A DNA stretch of 64,000 nucleotides from Macrostomum lignano. Its lineage: Eukaryota. The notes beneath the pieces were generated by a model that was not told where the DNA came from, searched no databases, and was given only the letters and a program-made list of their open reading frames with translations. Each line of letters begins with the position of its first letter. Within the stretch, counting starts at the first letter, position 1. Shown here in pieces: positions 1-10,300 of this stretch. The translations under genes and the position numbers were made by a program. The DNA lies in the NCBI GenBank assembly GCA_002269645.1, contig NIVC01000916.1, forward strand, positions 124,001 to 188,000. Direction: 5' to 3'.

Positions 1-794
1 GAGTGGGATGCTTGACGATCCCTTACAAAGTGCAATCAGGATCCCCACTAAGTGTAGTATTCATATGCAATGAGATTATACTGCAATTTCAGAACCCAAT
101 AAAGGCGTGATGCAGTTAAAAGTTCTGAAAGCGAGAACAGGATTGAAACGAATGGCAGAATTAACTGTATACTCAGAGTAGTCAAGCACTATACTATTAC
201 TAAGAGGAATGTAACAGGTAAAAGGCTAATGTATATAATAAAAGATTACAGTAAACACAATAAAGCACATATACTGTATTTACAGAGTACATTCAATTTG
301 AAGCCAACAGAAACAAAAATTCACATTAATCTAACATGAAAACAAGTAGGGATGAGGCAAGTTGCTTCTAAACACAAATTTTGATTGTTGAAGGAAACAC
401 AAAATTCACAGTCGGGCAGGTCTAGAGAAATTCTTTAGTTGAAATGGAAAACTGATATTATAGCGCGATTATAAATCCGCAACATTCTACTTACTCAGCA
501 GAAGTAGCAATAGCAGCATCTGGCTCTTAAGGCGGATTTTTTATCTACGAGTATATATTCTAATTAATACATAATTTCTCGTTCAAACAAGTGGCGTTCA
601 TCAAAAGCAAAGATATAAACAGGTGGTGAAAGTTTATATCTACTACTATCTACTATTTACTACTGAAAGTAATATAATAGTTTATTAAAGACCCTAACAG
701 TAATGAAACTGTATTTTTCGAAAAAACATTACTCAAAAACTATGAATTATAGTGATCACCTCAAATTGATATAATGGGAGAGTGAGATGAGTAA

Positions 795-1612
795 GTGGGG
801 ATTAAGGATAAGCGGACAGAGGGATTAAGGATAAGCAGACAGTGGGATTAAGGAAAAACAGACAGTGGGATAAAGGCTAAGCAGACAGTGGGATTAAGGA
901 CAAACAGACAGTAGGATTAAGGATAAGCAGACAGTGGGATTAAGAATAAACAGACAGTGGGATTAAGGATAAGCAGACAGCGGGATTAAGGATAAACAGA
1001 CAGTGGGATTAAGGATAAGCAGACAGCGGGATTAAGGATAAACAGACAGTAGGATTAAGGATGATAAACAGACAGTGGGATTAAGGATAAACAGACAGTG
1101 GGATTAAGGATAAGCAGACAGCGGGATTAAGGATAAACAGACAGTAGGATTAAGGATGATAAACAGACAGTGGGATTAAGGGTAAACAGACAGTGGGATT
1201 AAGGATGATAAACAGACAGTGGGATTAAGGATAAACAGACAGCGGGATTAAGGATAAGCAGACATTGGGATTAAGGATAAGCAGACAGTGGGACCAAGGA
1301 TAAACAGACAGTGGGAATAAGGGTAAACAGACAGTGGGATTAAGGATAAACAGACAGCGGGATTAAGGATAAACAGACATCGGGATTAAGGATAAACAGA
1401 CAGCGGGATTAAGGATAAACAGACAGCGGGATTAAGGATAAACAGACAGCGGGATTAAGGATAAACAGACAGCGGGATTAAGGATAAACAGACAGCGGGA
1501 TTAAGGACAAACAGACGGCGGGATTAAGGACAAACAGACATCGGGATTAAGGATAAACAGACAGCCGGATTAAGGATAAACAGACGGCGGGATTAAGGAT
1601 AAACAGACGGCG
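795..1612. repeat. 23-bp minisatellite (GACAGCGGGATTAAGGATAAACA)n, ~35 copies, directly 3' of the CCM2 stop codon
   Basis: Tandem units visible directly, ending a few bases from the TAA at 1620. Confidence 0.95.
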
Positions 1613-1619
1613 AGGCCAG

Positions 1620-4600
1620 TTAGAATCTGTGCGCGTGACCCATCGGCGAGAGCTCCTTGACGGGACTTCGCCCGGAGTCCGCCGGCGCCACCATGGAGGC
1701 GGAATCTTCGAGTCCGTCCAGCGCGAGGTACTTGTGCGGCTGGCCGGGCGACCGGCCGGCAGTTGAGGCGGAGGCGGCGGACACGGAGCGAGAGTAGCTG
1801 GGCTGGGCAAACTGCTGCTGGCTCATGTCCAGTCGCTGCACCTGGGGAGAGGAAAGGTTTGTTAAGGACAAATGAAGGTCAATTCTTCTCGAAATTCCGA
1901 CTCGGGATTTTTACATTCAGGATCATGATTTAAAGAATCTCAGAGGTGGGATCGGGACTTCTAGAGTCGGGATCGGGACTACTAGTCGGGATCGGCCCTT
2001 CTAGAGTTGGGAACGGGACTTCTAGAGTTGGGATCATGATTTCTAGAGTCGGGATCGGGACTTCTATCGGGACTTCTAGAGTCGGGATCGGGACTTCTAG
2101 AGTTGGGATCGGGACTTCTAGAGTCGGGATCGGGACTTCTAGAGTCGGGAACGGGACTTCTAGAGTTGGGATCGGGACTTCTGGAGTCGGGATCGGGACT
2201 TCTAGAGTCGGGATCGGGACTTCTAGAGTCGGGAACGGGACTTCTAGAGTTGGGATCGGGACTTCTGGAGTCGGGATCGGGACTTCTAGAGTCGGGATCG
2301 GGACTTCTAGAGTCGGGAACGGGACTTCTAGAGTTGGGATCGGGACTTCTAGAGTCGGGATCGGGACTTCTGGAGTCGGGATCGGGACTTCTAGAGTCGG
2401 GAACGGGACTTCTAGAGTTGGGATCGGGACTTCTAGAGTCGGGAACGGGACTTCTAGAGTTGGGATCGGGACTTCTAGAGTCGGGATCGGGACTTCTAGA
2501 GTCGGGATCGGGACTACCGGATATATTCTTAACCGCCAGGGAACTTAGAGATTTCAGTCCCAAAATCCTCATCCCCGATGGCTCACCTGAGCAACAATGG
2601 AGCCGAGAGCCTGGTCCAGATCGACCTCGCTGGAGTCCCGACTTCGCACGCTGCTGGCGGTGCTCCCGATGCTCACCGAGCGACTGTAACCGGTCGGTCT
2701 AAGGCCGCGGTCATGCAGAAACTCATCGAAAGCCTGGTGATCCCTGGCCGGGATGAAGGGCCGCAGGCCCAGCAGCAGGTGGCTCCGCTCAGCCGGGAAC
2801 AGCCGCTCCAGCTGGGGCCGGACGCTGCCAGCGAAGGAGGAGGCGCCGGAGGACCAGGCACGGAACAGCTGTCCGAACGTGACCAGCTCCTGGCGGCTCA
2901 GGCTGGACGCCAGGCTGCCGGCGAGGCTGCTCACCGCCTCCTGCGGGTTGTCGCGCCGGCCAATCACGGGGCTGCTGGCTGTCGAGGTCACCGGGGTGGC
3001 GTTCGAGTCCGTTGCCGTGCGGGCTCCGCCGCCGCCGGCCCTGCCGCTGTCTCCGCTGCCACCCCCGCTGCCGCTGTGGCCGCCGCCGCCGAGCACGGAG
3101 GCGCCGGATGTCGAAGGGGCGCCGCCGGATGTTGAAGCAGCGCCACCGAGGGCGCGGTCGAAGAATTCCAAAGTGGCCTCCGTGTAGGCGAGCTGCAGCA
3201 GCTGGCGGGCCACCGCGCAGATCTCCTGAGAGGATGAAGGGGTTGGGGAAGATAAAATGTTGTAGAATCACTGAGCTGAGACTGAGTATCCGCAACAGGT
3301 GTCTCATTATGTACAACAGGTGTCTCATTATGTACAACAGGTGTCTCATTATGTACAACAGGTGTCTCATTATGTACAACAGGTGTCTCATTATGTACAA
3401 CAGGTGTGTCATTATGTACAACAGGTGTCTCATTATATACAACAGGTGTCATTATGTACAACAGGTGTCTCATTATGTACAACAGATGTCTCATTATGTA
3501 CAACAGGTGTCTCATTATGTACAACAGGTGTCTCATTATGTACAACAGGTATTTCACATCAGCAATCAATCACCCGTGTCTCACATCAGCAATCAATCAC
3601 CGGTGTCTCACATCAGCAATCCATCACCCGTGTCTCACATCAGCAATCCATCACCCGTGTCTCACATCAGCAATCCATCACCGGTGTCTCACATCAGCAA
3701 TCCATCACTCGTGTCTCACATCAGCAATCCATCACCCGTGTCTCACATCAGCAATCCATCACCCGTGTCTCACATCAGCAATCCATCACCGGTGTCTCAC
3801 ATCAGCAATCAATCACTCGTGTCTCACATCAGCAATCCATCACCCGTGTCTCACATCAGCAATCAATCACTCGTGTCTCACATCAGCAATCCATCACCGG
3901 TGTCTCACATCAGCAATCCATCACTCGTGTCTCACATCAGCAATCCATCACCGGTGTCTCACATCAGCAATCCATCACCCGTGTTTCACATCAGCAATCC
4001 ATCACCGGTGTCTCACATCAGCAATCCATCACCGGTGTCTCACATCAGCAATCCATCACCGGTGTCTCACATCAGCAATCCATCACCCGTGTCTCACATC
4101 AGCAATCCATCACCGGTGTCTCACATCAGCAATCCATCACCGGTGTCTCACATCAGCAATCCATTACCGGTATCTCACAGTCATCTGGCACCGGTATCGC
4201 ACAACTGCTCACCTGAGCGTGGATCCTGGCGTGGACGGACATGGCGCAGAGCTGGCTGGTTCCGTTGGCATCCGGGCTGTAGTGCAGCGCGAGCAGGTGC
4301 CTGTCGGAGTCTCTGACGTAGGCCACAGAGAGCAGCTGGGACACGGGAACTCGGAGCAGCACCTCGGGCATCTGCTGCGGTGGCTGCTGCTGCTGCTGCG
4401 GCTGGACGCGGCGCTCCAGACGGAGGCCGGAGACGCTCCAGCTGAGCATGGCGTCTACAGGCGGGGAGCGACTGCCACGAATGCCGCGCTCGATTGAGTC
4501 CACCAAGCTGAGCAGGTAGGCCCGGTTGCTGATGTCCCGGTTGCTGCGGACACCGGACAGGGAGCCCAGCAGGCGAACCGGCCACTCCAGGTAGGAGTCG

Positions 4601-6463
4601 ATTAGCAAGCTGGGATTCACCTGGGGGTGATGGGGTGGGAGAGTATCTGGGATGACAGCTGGATGAGTGACAGCAGGATGAGTGACAGCTACATGAGTGA
4701 CAGCTGGATGAGTGACAGCAGGATGAGTGACAGCAGGATGAGTGATAGCTAGAGATGAGTGACAGTAAGATGAGTGACAGCTAGAGATGAGAGACAGCTG
4801 GATGAGTGACAGCAGGATGAGTGACAGCAGGATGAGTGACAGCAGGATGAGTGATAGCTAGAGATGAGTGACAGCTGGATGAGTGACAGCTGGATGAGTG
4901 ACAGCAGGATGAGTGACAGCAGGATGAGTGACAGCAGGATGAGTGATAGCTAGAGATGAGTGACAGCAGGATGAGTGATAGCTAGATGAGTGACAGTTAG
5001 ATGAGTGACAGCTAGAGATGAGAGACAGCTGGATGAGTGACAGCAGGATGAGTGACAGCAGGATGAATGACAGCTAGAGATGAGTGACAGCAGGATGAGT
5101 GACAGCTGGATGAGTGACAGCAGGATGAGTGACAGCAGGATGAGTGATAGCTAGAGATGAGTGACAGCTGGATGAGTGACAGCAGGATGAGTGACAGCAG
5201 GATGAGTGATAGCTAGAGATGAGTGACAGCAGGATGAGTGATAGCTAGATGAGTGACAGTTAGATGAGTGACAGCTAGAGATGAGAGACAGCTGGATGAG
5301 TGACAGCTGAATGAGTGACAGCTGGATGAGTGACAGCTGGATGAGTGACAGCTTGATGAGTGACAGCAGGATGAGTGACAGCAGGATGAGTGACAGCAGG
5401 ATGAGTGATAGCTAGACGAGTGACAGCTAGATGAGTGACAGCTAGATGAGTGACAGCTGGATGAGTGACAGCAGGATGAGTGACAGCTAGAGATGAGTGA
5501 CAGCTGGATGAGTGACAGCTGGATGAGTGACAGCAGGATGAGTGACAGCAGGATGAGTGATAGCTAGAGATGAGTGACAGCTGGATGAGTGACAGCTGGA
5601 TGAGTGACAGTTAGATGAGTGACAGCTAGAGATGAGAGACAGCTGGATGAGTGACAGCAGGATGAGTGACAGCAGGATGAGTGACAGCAGGATGAGTGAC
5701 AGCAGGATGAGTGATAGCTAGAGATGAGTGACAGCTGGATGAGTGACAGCTGGATGAGTGACAGCAGGATGAGTGACAGCAGGATGAGTGATATCTAGAT
5801 GAGTGACAGCTAGATGAGTGACAGCTAGAGATGAGTGACAGCTGGATGAGTGACAGCTGGATGAGTGACAGCTGGATGAGTGACAGCTGGATGAGTGACA
5901 GCTGGATGAGTGACAGCTTGATGAGTGACAGCAGGATGAGTGACAGCAGGATGAGTGACAGCAGGATGAGTGATAGCTAGACGAGTGACAGCTAGATGAG
6001 TGACAGCTAGATGAGTGACAGCTGGATGAGTGACAGCTGGATGAGTGACAGCTGGATGAGTGACAGCTGGATGAGTGACAGCAGGATGAGTGACAGCAGG
6101 ATGAGTGATAGCTAGACGAGTGACAGCTAGATGAGTGACAGCTAGATGAGTGACAGCTGGATGAGTGACAGCTGGATGAGTGACAGCTAGATGAGTGACA
6201 GCTAGATGAGTGACAGCTGGATGAGTGACAGCTGGATGAGTGACAGCTGGATGAGTGACAGCAGGATGAGTGATAGCTAGAGATGAGTGAAAGCTGGATG
6301 AGTGAAAGCTCTTCAGTAATGCAAAGGACAAATCAATCCTTTATTCGCTCACCTGGAAGTCTGGCGGGGCCAGCACAATCCTGGCAGCTCTTGTGAAGCC
6401 GCTGCCGCCTCCAGCTGCGCCGCTGCTGCCGGCCCCGCCAGCTGGCCAGAGGCGGGTCAGCAT
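1620..6463 (-). CDS. CCM2: Malcavernin / cerebral cavernous malformation 2 homolog (PTB domain + harmonin-homology domain), 4 coding exons, ~459 aa
   Basis: Exons 6463-6353, 4620-4213, 3225-2587, 1841-1620, all GT-AG and phase 0. VLLRVPVSQLLSVAYVRD and LAYTEATLEFFDRAL match the CCM2 PTB region (ILRVPIHDIAAVSYVRD / VYTESTIDFLDRAI). [21 protein letters not shown] matches the C-terminal harmonin-homology domain ([21 protein letters not shown]). Comparison from recalled human sequence. Confidence 0.9.
1946..2515. repeat. 21-bp minisatellite (GGGATCGGGACTTCTAGAGTC)n in CCM2 intron 3
   Basis: About 26 tandem units; source of the spurious GIGTSRV / SRSPDPD ORFs. Confidence 0.95.
3294..4170. repeat. 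Two abutting minisatellites in CCM2 intron 2: 21-bp (ACAGGTGTCTCATTATGTACA)n to ~3549, then 27-bp (CATCAGCAATCCATCACCCGTGTCTCA)n
   Basis: About 12 and about 23 units; both contain GTGTCTCA. Confidence 0.95.
4650..6310. repeat. ~15-bp minisatellite (GATGAGTGACAGCTG/CAG)n filling CCM2 intron 1
   Basis: About 110 tandem units with a few recurring variants. Confidence 0.95.
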
Positions 6464-7356
6464 CCCACTGTGACGGACCGACAGAAATCCATTTCATATA
6501 TTTAATTAGATACAACAAGCTGTCAGAGGTGATACACTACTAGCCTAATATTAGTATACCACTAGCTGTCCCTCTTCTCTGTCACTCATCTGTCACTCAT
6601 CTGTCACTCATCTCTAGGCTGTCACTCGTCATCTCTAGCCTAGCCTAGTAGTCTATATATGCCCTGAAGTGACTAGTGATAATCAACATGAAAGAAAAAA
6701 TATTTTAAAAATGACAATATTAGGTTCTGCGCTGTGAATTGAAATTGCGTAGACAATAATTATCATATTAGGCAAAAATATTAGGGAAATAAATAGCAGT
6801 GACATTGGCCCGGTTCAATATAGCATTACTGGCATTGCATAGACATATTAAGTCTACTATGAGTAGGGTGATGTGCCAGTGCACAAATTCAATAAAGAAA
6901 AAAAGAGAAAATGCCAACTGTTAAAAATTAATAATAATACAGCTACTACTAAAAGCAGCAAAAGAAGACAAGAACAAGATAGAAGCAGAGAATTGCCTTG
7001 TAGAAAAATAGCGGTAGCACCGGCCTTTGTACTTAGTAAACGAGTACAGCTGATCTGGAGAAAGTATGTATAAAAATGCCTAACTTATGTAGTGTATAAA
7101 CTGTTTGTATTAGTAATTTTTGTGGCAAATTTTTTCAAGAATAAAATAAAAGCAACAAAAGCAATTAAGACTTTTCAAAGCATCTGAGCTTTCAGAAGCA
7201 ACAATAATGGAAAGATGATTCCAATTATAAAAAAGATAGCCAATGTCATATAATAGAAGTCCTCACATTCAGTTAAAACGCGACAAGCTTTAAATAAATT
7301 TAAGGTGACAGTCAAATTCGCGCCAATATATTAATAGACAATTATTATAACAAATC

Positions 7357-10300
7357 TTAGCGGCGCCGAATCCGCTTTGAAGATCTGGTGGCCGCGCCGC
7401 CGCTGCCGCCGCCTCGGCCGCTGGAGGCGGTCGAAGTCGCGTCGCTGAAGTCGTCCTCGTCCGCTGCGCCGCTGCTGCCCGCCGGCCCGCCGACCTGCTG
7501 TCGCTTGCGCGCCTGCGGCAGCCGGTAAGCGGCCGGCTCTGGCGGCTTCTCGTCCACCAGGTGGGCGGCGATGAAGTCGATTCTCAGCCAGGACAGGTGG
7601 GAGCCGGCGCCGGACAGGGTGTCCGAGCAGCCGGCGTAGTTGCCGCGCTGGCAGAAGGCGTGACTGACGCTGGCGGCGGCCGGATAGGGCGGCCCGTCGG
7701 CCACAACTCGGCCACCGCCGGCCTCCAGGAGGCGCCGGAAGCTGGCCAGCTTGTCCGGCGGGCACAGCAGGGCGGCGCGCCAGTCGCGAAAGGCCGCCCG
7801 CCACGCTGGCGCCACCGACTGCAGGCGGCGGCCAGAAGGCGGGTCTCGGCGTCCGCAGATTCAGCGCCGCCGCCGCCCCACTCGTACGGCTCCTCGGGCA
7901 GCCAGCGGCCGGCCTTGGCCGAGGCTTCAACATAGGCAGGCCGGAGGACCCAGCGGCCGGCGGCAACGCAGCGGAGGAGTTTCTCGTTGCGCAGCAGGCG
8001 GCCGCAGACCAGGTGGCTGGGGTCCTCGGACTCCACCGAGACCAGTGAGCCGCCCAGGCCGCGAATCTGGCTGACAAGGCGGTCCCGGTCCTGCCGGAGC
8101 GGCATTATGCTTGAGGCCTTACTGGTGTGCTATTGGTTAATTAATACAGGGTTCGGAAAACTTTTCTCCGTAACCTCAAGGGCCAGAGAGGAGAGACAAT
8201 AGAAAAGAGAGAAGAAATGGGAGAAGAGAGAGGAGAGAGAAGAGAAGAGGAGAGAGAAGAGAGCTGAGAAGACAAAAACCTTAAGCAGGCCGGATTGCTA
8301 TTGTAAAGTTTCGAAAGACCGAGGGCCGGATAGAGAGGCTTTGCGGGTCACATATGACCCTCTGGCTGGAGTTTGCTGACCCCTGGGTTAGAATAATCAC
8401 TAATAATGCTACAAACAATAATAGCGCACGTTATGTCAATTGCGTTGAGCCAAGCGTGCATCCCGCTCATGCGTACATCATGTCCTTTTAAATAATAATA
8501 ACAGCGCTTTTTTGGTGAATTTTCTTACTGAGACAATACAAAAAACAGTTCGTGCTATTTTGTCACTCTAATTAAAACAAATCTCAACTTGATTCCTAGA
8601 AATAAATGCTTTTATATCCTCAAGATGTGACCCATCAAAAAGGAATGCAAAACTTTACCTGAGCGCTGAAGCCGGTGATTTGGAAGAGGCGCGGCGGCTC
8701 GGGCGGCGCGGACTGCTGTGGAGGCGGCGGTTGCGGCGCCGCCGCGGCTCCGTCCGAGTCGGTGTAGCGCCAGCCCACCAGCAGCGGCTCGTTGGGTCGC
8801 ACGGCGGCCGTAGCGGCGGCAGCGGCGTTGGCGGCAACGGAGGAAGCGACAGTGGCGGCCTTGCCGGCTGCTCGGGCGTCGGAGCCGCTGCCGCTGCCGC
8901 CACCGACGCAGACGGCGGACTCGTCCGGCTCGGATTCCAGCAGCTGGCGGGCTCGATTCTGGGCCAGCCGGCTGTCCGGCGCGGTACCGCCGCCGCCGCC
9001 GGTGCCAGCGGATGCGCCGCCGATGTCGTTTACGTTGGCTCCGGCTACGTCGCCGGATACGCCGTCGGTGAGTTGTCGGCGCCTTTGCCAAAGCAGTCGA
9101 GCTTGCTGCTCAGCTCCTGCAGGCTGGCGCGGGAGGCTCGCCTCTCCAGCTGCTGAGCCTGATGCGCTTGATGGTGATGGTGATGGTGCTTGTGATGATG
9201 ATGATGCTGCCCGTGAGGCTGGGCGGCAGCGGCAGATAAGGCGGACGCAGGCGGATAGTCGCGCTCGTCAAGCCGGCGTCGCAGCCGCTTGCACTGCAGC
9301 AGCCAGGCCGGGCTGACCAGTCGGGGCGGAGGCGCCGAGGCAGTGGCGGCCGGCTGCGGCTGCATCGCCCGCTGCAGCTCGGGATCATCAGACGGCGGCC
9401 CCTCGGCAACCAGGTGGGTGCAGGTGCGCGGGTCCCACTGCCAGCGCGACCTGGCGCCGAGAGACTCGGCCAGCTGGGCCAGGCGGGACCGCTGGGCGCC
9501 AAGGCGGGCGGACAGGTAGACGGTGACGCCCGATAGCAAGCCGGCCGCCTGCTGCGGGGTCTGCGGCGTGGCGAAGTCGCCGTTAGCGTCGGCGGCCGTC
9601 GCGGCCGCGGAGTTGGCTGAGCCGCCGATGGCAGCCGCTGAGGACGGCGGCGGCAGCAGGACGAGCAGCTCGCGTTTGCCCTGCGCCCGGCAGGTCTGGC
9701 GGATGTTGCGCCTGGCGCGGGCGTACTGAACCGAGTCCGGCGTGCCGGCCGGCGGCCCCGGCACCGGGCTGCGCAGGGCGGCGCTCAGCGCCTGCAGGTC
9801 AAAGCGCGGCCGATAGCCGCTGTTGAGAAACACGCTCGGGCTATCCATGGCCGCCCGGTGCGGATTCGCCGGCTGCCGCTGCTGCATCGGGGACGGCTGA
9901 CTGGCCGGAACAACGCAGTCGGACGCCATCGTCGACGTCACCATGGCAACAGCCGTAGCCGTTGGGGTATCCGCAGCCGAGGACATTGTCGCCGACATGG
10001 CCGAAGCGGCGGCGGCTGCAGCTTCGCGCCGTTTTCGCTCCTCGTAATCGGCCAGCGAGTCGATGTGGAACTCAGCCTCGGTAGTCGGCGGCCCTGACGG
10101 CCGCACTCGCCCAGCCAGTGCTTGGTGACGCAGTGCACGCTGCCCCAGCCCATTGCGGCCGAGTATTTGTGGCCCCCGCTGGCCGCCAGCACCAGGTGAG
10201 TGGTGACCCGCAGCTGGCGGTCGGGCTTGCTGACGCGGCTGAGGTTCTCCTGGACGATGGCGCCGAGGCCGCGGCCCAGGGTGGTCACGCGCTCCCGATC

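Noticed and set aside
7780-10090. Programmed ribosomal frameshifting in TopBP1
   Set aside because: No X XXY YYZ slippery heptamers at the sites; three events in one mRNA is implausible; indel error is simpler.
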